A stretch of 48,870 nt of DNA, from the NCBI GenBank assembly GCA_045106895.1, contig JBGCFM010000241.1, forward strand, positions 1-48,870, given 5' to 3'. A program made the position numbers and the translations under genes. Source of the stretch: Polyangiales bacterium. Its GTDB lineage: Bacteria > Myxococcota_A > Polyangia > Polyangiales > Houyiibacteriaceae. A model generated the notes under the pieces. It saw nothing but the letters and a program-made list of their open reading frames with translations, had not been told where the DNA came from and ran no database searches. This document shows, in pieces, positions 1-9,638 of the stretch; position 1 is the first letter of the stretch, and each line of letters starts with the position of its first letter.

Positions 1-216
1 AGAGACGGCCTCGATGCCTTCGGCCCACCACGTGGCCCGAAGGCTTTCGGCCTGCTTTCATCGCCGCCCCATGCGGCGACGCAAGGTCTCTCGCGCCGAT
101 ACCTACGGCCATCGCGCAGTAAGGCCTTGAGCTGCCGGACATGCATGGAGTTCCACAACGCGAGAGCGACAAATGCACCGGTAGCGCTCCCCCATTCTGC
201 GATTCGATGCCTTCGC

Positions 217-570
217 TCAGCCTCGCGCGCGCTCGAGGATGATCTGCTTGATGCGGGCGCTGTGCTCAAACGTGCCCAGCGGCAACGTTGCACGCTTCCC
301 GGTGACGGCGTGGGTGATGTAGTGGGGGTTCATCATCGCGCCGAGTAGGCCAGCCGAAGGCGCTGGGTTCAGGCTACCCACCTCGTCCCAGGCGAAGCGC
401 TTCGTACCGAGCCACGCGACGGTGACGCCTTCGGCATCGACCTGAACCCGGCCCTTGAAGAGCAGGTAGAACATCAGAAGACCGAGGCCAAAGATCGGCA
501 ACGCGAGGACACCGAAGATGCCAAAGAAGATCTTCCAACCGGTGCCGAGACCAAACTCTTCTTGTTCCAT
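217..570 (-). CDS. Small membrane protein, possible PH-like domain
   Basis: Start inferred at ATG 570 (MEQEEFGLG). Two hydrophobic segments are followed by VQVDAEGVTV...RFAWDEV, a pattern typical of bacterial PH-like membrane proteins. Confidence 0.6.
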   Translation of the reverse strand: MEQEEFGLGTGWKIFFGIFGVLALPIFGLGLLMFYLLFKGRVQVDAEGVTVAWLGTKRFAWDEVGSLNPAPSAGLLGAMMNPHYITHAVTGKRATLPLGTFEHSARIKQIILERARG

Positions 571-666
571 GAGCGAAGGATATCGAGGGTGACGAAAAGC
601 CTCAACGGCGAGATGAGTTCGGCCCCTTCCGTTTCGCGACATTGAGCACTAAGTTCCCGCGGTCTG

Positions 667-1908
667 ATGCCCGCCCTACTCCATCCGGTTTTCCTGCTTG
701 CCCTCTTCATCGGAACCATGGCCCTCGTTTGGCGAAGAGGAACAGCGTACCGCGCCTTCGTCGGCATCTTCTTCGGGACGCTTTGCCTGATCTGGTGGGG
801 CCTCTTCTCATGGACTCCGCCGAATGTCGTGGCGGTAGCCATGCTCCTTGAGTTCCTCACAGCTTTTCACTTCGTGCGCTTGGTCAACGCAAAGCTGCGT
901 TCGCCCCTCTACCGAGCTCTCCTGAGTATTCCGGTGCATTGGTTTGCCGCGTCGACGATTCTCGCGTTGCCCTTTGCCATCGCCGCTGCGTTTGGCGTCG
1001 AGAGCTACGCCTTCGTTGGCGCTTATGTCTTGGGCCTCTTTGGCGTCTTCCAATCGCTCAACGTCGACGGGGAGGTCATCGACTTGATCCTCGACCGGAA
1101 AGAGCGTGAGGGCCTGGCGCCTTGTCCGCGCGTGCCTTCGCCCTCGGTGGAACACGCCGGCCGCCACAAGGACATCGACGAAGAGTCGCTGCTGCGCATC
1201 GTTCAGATCACCGATCCACACCTCGGACCCTTCATGTCGGCCAACCAGCTTCACGCCATCTGCCAGCGCGCGGTGGACGCGAAGCCCGACCTCATCGTGG
1301 TCACCGGCGACCTCCTCACGATGGAATCGCATGGCGCCGTAGAAGCTGTGGCCCACGCTTTTGAACCCCTCAAGGCATACGAGGGGCGGGTCTTCGCCTG
1401 TCACGGAAACCACGATCACGAAGACCGGCGCACGGTCCGCGAAGGCCTCGAGCGAAACGGCATACGCTTGCTCGTGGATGAGTGGGTGCGCTTCGAATCG
1501 CGACTCGGTCCCCTCGACATCGTCGGAGCGGACTTTCACTTTCGTGGCACCGGACCAAAGCTGCGCGCTCTCTTCGAAGGCCACGTCGACGACGGTACTC
1601 CGCGCCTGCTTCTGCTCCACCACCCGGGTCAGATCAAACACATTCCAGAGGGCGCCGCGGACCTCACGTTGAGCGGTCACACCCACGGCGGGCACGTCGG
1701 GCTGCTCTCGCTTGGCCTCGCCTGGACCGTCGTTCGCGGCTTCGCGGGGATGCCGGACCATGGACTCTGGGCGCGCGGTCGGGACCGCCTCTATGTGCAC
1801 CGCGGCACCGGACACTACGGTTTTCCAGTACGCCTCGGCGTGCCCCGAGAAGAATCGCTCCTGCGTGTGCGCCTGTCACGCATGGGCGCCGCAGCACAAC
1901 ACACGTAG
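667..1908 (+). CDS. Membrane-anchored metallophosphoesterase (YkuE/YaeI-like)
   Basis: N-terminal TM helices; calcineurin-like motifs DPHLG, TGDLL, GNHDH, LLHHP, SGHTHGG. Confidence 0.9.
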   Translation: MPALLHPVFLLALFIGTMALVWRRGTAYRAFVGIFFGTLCLIWWGLFSWTPPNVVAVAMLLEFLTAFHFVRLVNAKLRSPLYRALLSIPVHWFAASTILALPFAIAAAFGVESYAFVGAYVLGLFGVFQSLNVDGEVIDLILDRKEREGLAPCPRVPSPSVEHAGRHKDIDEESLLRIVQITDPHLGPFMSANQLHAICQRAVDAKPDLIVVTGDLLTMESHGAVEAVAHAFEPLKAYEGRVFACHGNHDHEDRRTVREGLERNGIRLLVDEWVRFESRLGPLDIVGADFHFRGTGPKLRALFEGHVDDGTPRLLLLHHPGQIKHIPEGAADLTLSGHTHGGHVGLLSLGLAWTVVRGFAGMPDHGLWARGRDRLYVHRGTGHYGFPVRLGVPREESLLRVRLSRMGAAAQHT

Positions 1909-1969
1909 ATAAGCAGGCTCTTTTTTGTCGGCTATTGGTGATTTGTCACCATGGACCTAAGATGGCCCG

Positions 1970-3895
1970 GTGGAGAAGAAGTTTTCGCAGGCGTTTCCGC
2001 GACTCGCGGACATGACGCCGAGCCTCGCTCCGGAGCCGGACGACTCCGTTCGCGAGCGAATCCGCCTGGGGCTCCTCAGCGTTCTTGTCATCGGCGCGCC
2101 CTTCGTTCTTCTCTACTGGTGGAGTGGCGTCTACGCCCTCGTCGCCTCCCACGTTGCCGCGTCCGTGGCCTGCCTCGTGCTCCTTGGACTCATCGGCCGC
2201 GTCCAGCGACCCAAGATCATTGGTGAGGCGGGCATCGCGCTGCTCTTCTCCGTGCTCCTCTACTCCTGCGCGATGTCCGGCGGCTTCTACAGCGCATCGT
2301 TCATGTGGTTCTTGGTCATCCCCGTTGGCGCTGCGGTGGTGATGGGCCATTGGGTCGCCATCCGATGGACCGCCCTCGTGTTCGTGACTGCGATCGTCTT
2401 TTGGTCCATCGACTTTATGGGGATGTCCGTCGAGCATCTCGTCCCCGCCGATGAACGAGCGATTCACGCCCTCGCAAACGTCGCGCTGGCGATCTTGTCC
2501 ATCGGCGCCCTCGTTTGGATCTTCATCCGCGGACACAGCGAGTCAGAGGACCGCGTGTTCTTCGCACAGAAGGCGCTCCTCAAAGAACGCGAGCGTCTTC
2601 GTGTTCTTGCGCACTTCGACTCACTCACGACGCTGCCCAATCGGTACACGTTGGAAGAGAACCTCACGCGTTGCCTCAGCAAAGACCCACTCGCCCTCGT
2701 GTACGTGGACCTCGATCGTTTCAAGGACATCAACGACGCGTTCGGCCATGCCCTCGGGGATACGCTGCTCAACGAGGTCGCGCAGCGTTTCGCGGCCGTG
2801 GTCTATGGGGGACCGGCGCCCAAGTTCTCCGCGCTTGAGCTCTACGATGCCAATCCGATGCTGGCGCGGCGGGGAGGCGATGAGTTTGTCGTTCTGATGC
2901 CTAAGGCGTCCAATGATGAGGCTTCGACGATGGCCGAAGCGCTCATTCATTCACTGGCCGATCCTTTTGAGTTCGGCGAGCAACGGCTCAGCATCGCGGC
3001 GAGCGTTGGCATCGCCATGGGCCCGAGCGATGGCTCAGACGTGAAGAGTCTCGTTCGCAACGCGGACATTGCGCTCACCCGCGGCAAGGAACGGGGCTCC
3101 GGCAGCGTTGAGTTCTTTGAGCAGGGAGCCCTTGAGTCCGTTCGGCGTCGCGTTCTCGTCGAGACCACTCTCCGTGATGCGATCCACAACAAGGAACTGC
3201 AGCTCTACTACCAGCCTCTCTTCTCCGCCGACGAAACGCTCGTCGGGGCCGAAGCGCTCCTGCGCTGGGAGTCACCCATTCTTGGCCGTGTCGGACCCAA
3301 TGAGTTCATTCCAATCGCCGAACACAGCGGGCAGATGAACACCATCGGTTTGTGGGTCCTTGAGACGGCCTGCCGAGAGGCACTCAAGTGGCGCCCTGAC
3401 ATTCGAGTGAGCGTGAACATCTCGGTGGCTCAGCTTCGGTGCAGCGATCTGGTCGAGCAAGTCGCCGACGTGCTCAAATCGACGGGCCTCGATCCACGTC
3501 GACTCGAGTTAGAAGTCACGGAGTCCATGCTCGCGGATGACGCACACACACGAAAAGTACTTCGTGAACTGCGGGCTCTCGACGTTTCACTGGCCCTGGA
3601 CGACTTCGGGACAGGTTTCAGCTCTCTTGGTGTGCTGCGCTCTTTGCCCGTGGAGTGCCTCAAGATCGATCGCTCCTTCGTCCAGACGATGCACACAAAC
3701 ACAAACGATGCCGCCTTGGTTCGAACGATCGTGGCGATGGGCCGTGAACTCGGACTTCGAGTGCTGGCGGAAGGCGTCGAAGAACGCGAACAACTCGATG
3801 CACTTCGCGAAATCGGATGCGAGGAGATTCAGGGCTTCTTGTTAGGGAAGCCTATGGACGGGCTGGCATTTCGTAAGCGTGTGGAGACGAAGTAA
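1970..3895 (+). CDS. Membrane GGDEF-EAL protein (diguanylate cyclase/phosphodiesterase)
   Basis: Multi-TM N-terminus; DSLTTLPNR, DLDRFKDIND, intact RRGGDEF; EALLRW, DDFGTG, KIDRSF, AEGVE, QGF. Confidence 0.95.
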   Translation: MEKKFSQAFPRLADMTPSLAPEPDDSVRERIRLGLLSVLVIGAPFVLLYWWSGVYALVASHVAASVACLVLLGLIGRVQRPKIIGEAGIALLFSVLLYSCAMSGGFYSASFMWFLVIPVGAAVVMGHWVAIRWTALVFVTAIVFWSIDFMGMSVEHLVPADERAIHALANVALAILSIGALVWIFIRGHSESEDRVFFAQKALLKERERLRVLAHFDSLTTLPNRYTLEENLTRCLSKDPLALVYVDLDRFKDINDAFGHALGDTLLNEVAQRFAAVVYGGPAPKFSALELYDANPMLARRGGDEFVVLMPKASNDEASTMAEALIHSLADPFEFGEQRLSIAASVGIAMGPSDGSDVKSLVRNADIALTRGKERGSGSVEFFEQGALESVRRRVLVETTLRDAIHNKELQLYYQPLFSADETLVGAEALLRWESPILGRVGPNEFIPIAEHSGQMNTIGLWVLETACREALKWRPDIRVSVNISVAQLRCSDLVEQVADVLKSTGLDPRRLELEVTESMLADDAHTRKVLRELRALDVSLALDDFGTGFSSLGVLRSLPVECLKIDRSFVQTMHTNTNDAALVRTIVAMGRELGLRVLAEGVEEREQLDALREIGCEEIQGFLLGKPMDGLAFRKRVETK

Positions 3896-4137
3896 TCTCT
3901 TCAAGAGCGCTTCTTTGCTCAACAAGCGAGACTCAACCGAAGGTGCGAACGCTCGACGATGTGAGCGCAGACGAAGTCACTCCCTCGCGTAATCCCGCGG
4001 AGCTTGGACAGCCACGCTACGCCGCAAGCCACCATCATCCTCATAAACCGGCATGATTGCGACGGACCGCGCGGATAACGGCTGGGTCTGAAGAGGGTAC
4101 TCTAAACCTTTCACGGCCGAGGACGTACTGGTTAACT

Positions 4138-6132
4138 GTGCACAACCATTCGTTTTCGACGACGTTTCCTCGACTCGCCGGGTTGACAACCAGCGTCGCT
4201 CCCGCGCCGGACAATTCACTTCGCCAACGGGTCCAATGGGGCCTCGTTTCTGTGCTTCTGCTCGGCGCGCCCTTCGTGTTCTTGTACTGGTGGAGTGGAA
4301 TCAACACCCTCGTCGTGGCCCATGTCATCGCTTCCGGCGGATGCTTGGTATTGCTGCTCGCGATTCGTCGACTGAACCGTCCGAAGGCCATTGGAGAGGT
4401 GGGCATCGGCCTGCTCTTCGGCCTTTTGATCTACTCGAGTAGTATTTCCGGGGGGTTCTACAGCGCTTCCTTTACATGGTTCTTGGTTGCGCCGGTGGGC
4501 GCCGCTCTTGTGATGGGTCCCTGGGTCGCCGCTCGGTGGAGCATTCTTTCGGTGTCTATCACCATCGCATTCTGGCTCGACTCGACGGGGGGTGGGGTCA
4601 CATCGATCAACCAAATTCCTCTTGGCCACAGACCTGTCCATGCGCTTGCGAATCTAACCCTCTGCATCGCCGCCGTGGGAGCCCTCGTATGGATCTTCGT
4701 ACGTGGTCATGCGAACGCCGAGGAGCGCGCATTCATGACACAGAGGGAGCTGCTCGAAGAACAGGAGCGCCTGCGTGTCTTGGCAAGCTACGACTATCTG
4801 ACGACTCTGCCCAATCGACACAGCTTGGAACGGAATCTCGCCCGCTGCCTAAAGAGTGGACCGCTGGGCTTGGTCTACTTAAACCTGGACCGCTTCAAAG
4901 ACATCAATGACGGATTTGGACTGATCTTCGGCGATGCGTTGCTGGTCGAAGTCGCTCAACGCTTCTCGCAGGTGGTGTACGACGGGCCCGCACCTGTGCA
5001 TGCATCCCTCGAACTCTATGACGCGGGGCCGATGTTGGCGCGAATGGCGAGCGATGAGTTCGTCGTGATCATGCCGCATGCGTCCTCGGACGAGGCTGCG
5101 TCGATGGCACGAAAGCTAGTGCGAAGCCTTGACGCACCCTTCGAGATTGGACTTCAACGCTTGTGCATCACCTGCAGCGTAGGCATCTCGATGGGCCCGG
5201 GCGACGGGGCCGATGTTAGAAGGCTGCTTCGCACCGCGGACATTGCCCTTTCCATGGGCAAAGCGCGCGGGTCGGGCAACGTCGACTTCTTTCGAAAGGG
5301 AGCTCTTGAGTCGGTGCGAAGACGCGTTCATCTCGAGTCGAACCTTCGTGATGCGATCGAGCGTCACGAACTCGAACTCTACTACCAGCCTCTGTTCACC
5401 CCGAACGAAACTCTCATCGGAGCCGAAGCTCTACTACGCTGGACCTCACCGACCCTTGGGCGCGTGGGCCCCGAAGAGTTTATCGCGATCGCCGAACACA
5501 GCGGGCAAATGAGCGCCATCGGCTTGTGGGTACTGGAGAGCGCATGCCGTGAGGCTTGTCAGTGGGCGCCGGAGATACGAGTGAGTGTTAATGTTTCAGT
5601 GACTCAACTTCGCAGCGGAGAACTTGTCAAAAACGTGAAACGAGTTCTTGCCTCGACGGGGCTACCTGCGAGCCGACTCGAGTTGGAGATCACGGAATCG
5701 CTCCTCGCCGACGACGAGTTGACTCGCAGCGTGCTTAGCGACCTGTGTACCCTCGGGGTGTCCCTGGCGCTGGATGATTTTGGGACAGGATTTAGCTCTC
5801 TTGGAGTTCTTCGAAGCCTACCCGTGGACTGCCTCAAGATCGACCGCTCCTTCGTCCAGTCGATGCACACAAGTGCAAGCGATGCCGCACTGGTCCGAAC
5901 GATAGTGGCGATGGGGCGTGAACTCGGACTTCGCGTGCTCGCCGAAGGCGTCGAAGAGCGAGAACAGCTTCGCGCTCTTCGGGAGCTAGGCTGTGACGAA
6001 ATTCAGGGATTTCTTCTGGGCAGACCCATGAGCGCCGAGGACTTTCTCGCGCAGACTCGTGAAGCACGCCGCACAACGAGAGCGCCGGCGCGCTTGCAAG
6101 AAACAAGGGCCAGCCTTGTGCCTAGGGTTTAG
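4138..6132 (+). CDS. Membrane GGDEF-EAL paralog with degenerate GGDEF (probable phosphodiesterase)
   Basis: Colinear with the upstream gene. GTG 4138 chosen because VHNHSFSTTFPRLA aligns with MEKKFSQAFPRLA. RMASDEF replaces GGDEF; EAL motifs are intact. Confidence 0.92.
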   Translation: MHNHSFSTTFPRLAGLTTSVAPAPDNSLRQRVQWGLVSVLLLGAPFVFLYWWSGINTLVVAHVIASGGCLVLLLAIRRLNRPKAIGEVGIGLLFGLLIYSSSISGGFYSASFTWFLVAPVGAALVMGPWVAARWSILSVSITIAFWLDSTGGGVTSINQIPLGHRPVHALANLTLCIAAVGALVWIFVRGHANAEERAFMTQRELLEEQERLRVLASYDYLTTLPNRHSLERNLARCLKSGPLGLVYLNLDRFKDINDGFGLIFGDALLVEVAQRFSQVVYDGPAPVHASLELYDAGPMLARMASDEFVVIMPHASSDEAASMARKLVRSLDAPFEIGLQRLCITCSVGISMGPGDGADVRRLLRTADIALSMGKARGSGNVDFFRKGALESVRRRVHLESNLRDAIERHELELYYQPLFTPNETLIGAEALLRWTSPTLGRVGPEEFIAIAEHSGQMSAIGLWVLESACREACQWAPEIRVSVNVSVTQLRSGELVKNVKRVLASTGLPASRLELEITESLLADDELTRSVLSDLCTLGVSLALDDFGTGFSSLGVLRSLPVDCLKIDRSFVQSMHTSASDAALVRTIVAMGRELGLRVLAEGVEEREQLRALRELGCDEIQGFLLGRPMSAEDFLAQTREARRTTRAPARLQETRASLVPRV

Positions 6133-7039
6133 GCTGCGCCGCGAGCCAGTCCGCGGGAGCTGCCTTCGCCGGCGCAATGCGGCGAAGGTGCTTGAGGAAC
6201 GCCGCCACGTGCACATTCGCCGCGCCTCGATGCGTCCAACGCGCTTCGTAGCTGAGCCAGCGCGGCTTGCTCTTGTGGCACACCACGGGAAAGCGCGACG
6301 CGTCTCCGCGTATTCGTGACTCCGGCAAGATCGCGCCACCGATGCCCAGCTCGGCCCACTCTTCGAGCACTGGGTAACTCAGCGCTTCGCCGGAGTAGTA
6401 GGTTGGGCTGAGAGACACGTCGGTGAAGATGGCGCGCGTCGCCGCGGCGAGCCCGCAAGCCCCCGCAGTGAGAGCGATGCGCTCCTGACTCAGCACGTTC
6501 AACTCGATGGTGTCGGCGCCCGTAGTCGCGGCGCCCGGCGGAATGTAGCGAAGCAGGTCACGACCGAGGCCGACACGTTTGTCCGCGTTGACGCACGCCG
6601 TGCGTAGCGCGACGACGACATCCACGCGATCATCACCCAGGCGCTCCGAGAGGTCGCTCTCGCTGCATTCTTTGTAGACCACCTCGACGCCCTCGACGTG
6701 AAACGCGTCGACGAGCGAAGAGAGCGCGCGCGCGCCGATAATCGGCGAAAACCCGAGGCGCAGAAGCGGCTGGTCGGGCCGGTGATATGCGTCCGCCATC
6801 GCCTGAAGGGCCACGTGCGCGCCGACGAGATCGCGCATCGCCGAGAGCATGGCGTGGCCAAACGGGGTGAGCGCGACACTCCGCGTGCTGCGTCTGAAGA
6901 GCGGCGCACCGAGGCGCTCCTCGAGTCGCGTGATGGCGTTGGAGACCGTCGGCTGTGTCACGTTCAACGCACGGGCGGCAGCGCTGAAGGAGCCTTCGTC
7001 CACGACTGCGAGGGCGTATCGAATGGGGTCTGAGTTCAT
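6122..7039 (-). CDS. LysR-family transcriptional regulator
   Basis: HTH motif GSFSAAARALNVTQPTVSNAITRLEERLGAPLFRRSTRSVALT; start inferred at ATG 7039. Confidence 0.93.
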   Translation of the reverse strand: MNSDPIRYALAVVDEGSFSAAARALNVTQPTVSNAITRLEERLGAPLFRRSTRSVALTPFGHAMLSAMRDLVGAHVALQAMADAYHRPDQPLLRLGFSPIIGARALSSLVDAFHVEGVEVVYKECSESDLSERLGDDRVDVVVALRTACVNADKRVGLGRDLLRYIPPGAATTGADTIELNVLSQERIALTAGACGLAAATRAIFTDVSLSPTYYSGEALSYPVLEEWAELGIGGAILPESRIRGDASRFPVVCHKSKPRWLSYEARWTHRGAANVHVAAFLKHLRRIAPAKAAPADWLAAQPKP

Positions 7040-7096
7040 CCTGCTCCGCGTGAGTCCTAGGCGCACTATGGAGTCTAGTATCGCAGAACGAATCCT

Positions 7097-7119
7097 ATCT
7101 ATTACAATCCTAAATAGAT
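7097..7119. promoter_or_regulatory. Putative LysR binding site (T-N11-A inverted repeat)
   Basis: ATCTAT-N11-ATAGAT perfect inverted repeat in the AT-rich region between divergent lysR and gst. Confidence 0.65.
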
Positions 7120-7194
7120 GCATTTATATCCTCGGTCTAGTGAATGAACGTGGAATGCCTAGAACGTCTTCATCCAATACACCGAGGACTCCCC

Positions 7195-7815
7195 ATGAAG
7201 ATCTACGACACCCCAGGCTTTCCCAATCCCCTCCGCGTTCGCATCGCCCTTGCCGAGAAAGGCGCCAGCGATGTGGAGTTCATCCCCGTCGACGTCATGG
7301 CGGGCGAACACCGCTCGGCGGAGTTTCGAGCGCGCAACCCGGACGCGACGGTGCCCTACGCCGAACTCGATTGCGGCACTTACATCTCTCAGTGCACAGC
7401 CATCATCGAGTACATCGACGGCCACTACGAAGGCCCTTCGCTCATCGGCTCTTCGCCTAAGCAGCGCGCCCTCGTGCAGATGATGAACCTCCGCGCCGAG
7501 GCGGGGTTGCTCGACGCCGTCGGAGCTTACTTTCACCACGCCACGGCGGGTCTTGGGCCCGAACTCGAGACGAACCAGAACGCGCCCTGGGGCGAGAGCA
7601 AACGCGAGACGGCGCTTGAGACCATGCGCTACCTCGATGGTGTTTTGGCGAACCAGGATTTCCTCGCCGGCGAGAGTTTCTCCATGGCGGACATCACGGC
7701 GTACGCCGGCCTCGTCTTCGCCGACTTCGCCAAAGTGGAGGTCCCCTCTGAGCTGACGAACCTAGACGCTTGGCGAACGCGTATTTCCGAGCGACCCGCA
7801 CTTTCGCACCACTAA
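7195..7815 (+). CDS. Glutathione S-transferase family protein
   Basis: MKIYDTPGFPNPLRVRIALAEKG, NPDATVP, FLAGESFSMADI; RBS GAGGA precedes ATG 7195. Confidence 0.92.
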   Translation: MKIYDTPGFPNPLRVRIALAEKGASDVEFIPVDVMAGEHRSAEFRARNPDATVPYAELDCGTYISQCTAIIEYIDGHYEGPSLIGSSPKQRALVQMMNLRAEAGLLDAVGAYFHHATAGLGPELETNQNAPWGESKRETALETMRYLDGVLANQDFLAGESFSMADITAYAGLVFADFAKVEVPSELTNLDAWRTRISERPALSHH

Positions 7816-7858
7816 CCGCGCCTCTCAGGCACTCTTCACCTCGACTCTGGAAGCGAAC

Positions 7859-8548
7859 ATGGAACTCAACGCCGATTTTTCGAAACGCGTGCTCATTCAC
7901 AGCCGAGATGTGCCTTGGACGCCTTCCCCGATGGAAGGTGTTCATCGACGCATGCTGGACCGAATCGGCGATGAAGTCGCTCGGGCCACGACCATCGTGC
8001 GCTACGCGCCGGGGAGTCATTTCTCCGCGCACGTTCACACCGGGGGCGAGGAGTTCGTCGTCCTGGAGGGTGTTTTTCAAGATGAGGACGGCGACTACCC
8101 TGTGGGGTCCTATGTTCGGAACCCGCCGACGTCGAAACACACGCCCGGCGCCGCTGAGGGCTGCGTGATCTTCGTCAAGCTGTGGCAGTTTGACGCCGAC
8201 GATAGGTCGCCGATTCGTAGCGACATGAACGCAGGACTCGAGCCGACGGAGCAAAAAGGGGTTCGCGCGCGGGTTCTCTTTGAAGACGAACGGGAGACCG
8301 TACGCGTCGAAGAGTGGGCGCCGGGCACGGAGGTGCACAAAGCCATGCCCGAAGGCGCAGAGCTCCTGGTTCTGAGCGGGAGCCTGCGCGAAGGTGAAGA
8401 CGAGCTCGCTTTGCACTCCTGGCTTCGAGTTCCGATGGGCGGTGCGCTCGCGGGCAAAGCAGGAGCCCAAGGCGCGCGCGTTTGGATCAAAACACGCCAC
8501 CTACGCTTCGCGGAGCCGCCCCGCTTTACGGAGCCGGCCGCTGTCTGA
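7859..8548 (+). CDS. ChrR-like tandem cupin domain protein
   Basis: MELNADFSKR, RRMLDRIGDEVARATTIVRYAPGSHFSAHVHTGGEEFVVLEG, YVRNPPTSKHTP. Confidence 0.88.
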   Translation: MELNADFSKRVLIHSRDVPWTPSPMEGVHRRMLDRIGDEVARATTIVRYAPGSHFSAHVHTGGEEFVVLEGVFQDEDGDYPVGSYVRNPPTSKHTPGAAEGCVIFVKLWQFDADDRSPIRSDMNAGLEPTEQKGVRARVLFEDERETVRVEEWAPGTEVHKAMPEGAELLVLSGSLREGEDELALHSWLRVPMGGALAGKAGAQGARVWIKTRHLRFAEPPRFTEPAAV

Positions 8549-9626
8549 GCACGCATTGCTTCCAAAACGCACGAAGGTGCTCATCGTCGGCGGAGGTCTC
8601 TCGGGTCTGTCCCTGGCGACGAAGCTCCACGCCGCAGACGTCGACTTTCACCTCGTCGAAGCACGCGAGCGCTTCGGCGGTCGTATCTACTCGCCGTCGT
8701 TTGCCGTCGGAGGTGAGGGCGCGACTTTCGACTTGGGGCCCGCCTGGTTCTGGCAAGGTCAGCCTCGAATGGCCGCCCTTGCCAAAGAGCTAGGCGCGAC
8801 GGTGTTCTCCCAGTGGGACCGAGGCGAGCTCGTCTTTGAAGACGAGCGTGGCCGCGTGCAGCGCGCGGACTTCTCGCCGATGGCGGGCTCTCTGCGCATC
8901 GGCGGCGGCATCGGCACCCTCGTCGACGGCCTTGTGGCGAAGCTTCCGGCGGAGCTGCTGCACCTCGGCCACGGCGTGACAGCCTTGAAGGGCCCCAATC
9001 CAAACGTGAGCATCGACGCGCGCGGCGAGGCCATCGCCCTCGAGTGCGACCATGTCGTCCTCGCGCTGCCACCACGCGTCGCGGCGGAGTTCTGTGCCCT
9101 CGATGCACACGTTCTCTCGGCGATGCGCGCCATCCCGACATGGATGGCCGGCCACGCAAAGGTCCTCGCGCTCTACGGGCGGGCGTTCTGGCGCGAACAG
9201 GGGTTGTCCGGAGATGCGATGAGCCGCCGCGGTCCTCTCGCTGAAATCCACGACGCGTCGCCCTCCGACGGAGGTCCGTTCGCGCTCTTCGGATTCGTAG
9301 GAGTGTCCGCGGAGGCTCGATCGAAGGCGGACTTCCTCGATTCCGTGAGAGCCCAGCTCATCCGGCTCTTCGGAGAAGCGGGCGCTCCCCATGCGCTCTA
9401 CCTTCAAGACTGGGCACGGGAAGCGCGAACGGCCACGCAGCTTGACCGGCAGCCGCTGCATGGGCATCCAGACTATGGGATGCCAACGGCCTTGCGTGAG
9501 GTCTGGGACTCATCGTTGATCTTTGCCTCAAGTGAAGTCGCCGCGGACTTTGGCGGGTACCTCGAGGGTGCCTTGGTCGCGGCGGAGTCAGCGGCGCGGC
9601 GTTTGATTTCACACTTATCGCCATAG
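8541..9626 (+). CDS. Flavin monoamine oxidase family FAD-dependent oxidoreductase
   Basis: VLIVGGGLSG, EARERFGGRI, DLGPAWFW, C-terminal GGYLEGAL. Start uncertain (CTG 8541 or TTG 8556). Confidence 0.88.
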   Translation: MSEHALLPKRTKVLIVGGGLSGLSLATKLHAADVDFHLVEARERFGGRIYSPSFAVGGEGATFDLGPAWFWQGQPRMAALAKELGATVFSQWDRGELVFEDERGRVQRADFSPMAGSLRIGGGIGTLVDGLVAKLPAELLHLGHGVTALKGPNPNVSIDARGEAIALECDHVVLALPPRVAAEFCALDAHVLSAMRAIPTWMAGHAKVLALYGRAFWREQGLSGDAMSRRGPLAEIHDASPSDGGPFALFGFVGVSAEARSKADFLDSVRAQLIRLFGEAGAPHALYLQDWAREARTATQLDRQPLHGHPDYGMPTALREVWDSSLIFASSEVAADFGGYLEGALVAAESAARRLISHLSP

Positions 9627-9638
9627 CCCGCGGCCGGT

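Noticed and set aside
1..110. Glycine riboswitch (GAGAGACC...GCCGAAGG on the minus strand)
   Set aside because: Only partial resemblance; the remaining conserved elements are not visible inside the window.
808..1815. Long antisense ORFs (also 10217-11233, 13175-14068, 16616-17473, 17986-18810, 25992-26813, 37507-38451, 40303-41118)
   Set aside because: They are shadows of opposite-strand genes, expected at high GC, and have no recognisable motifs of their own.
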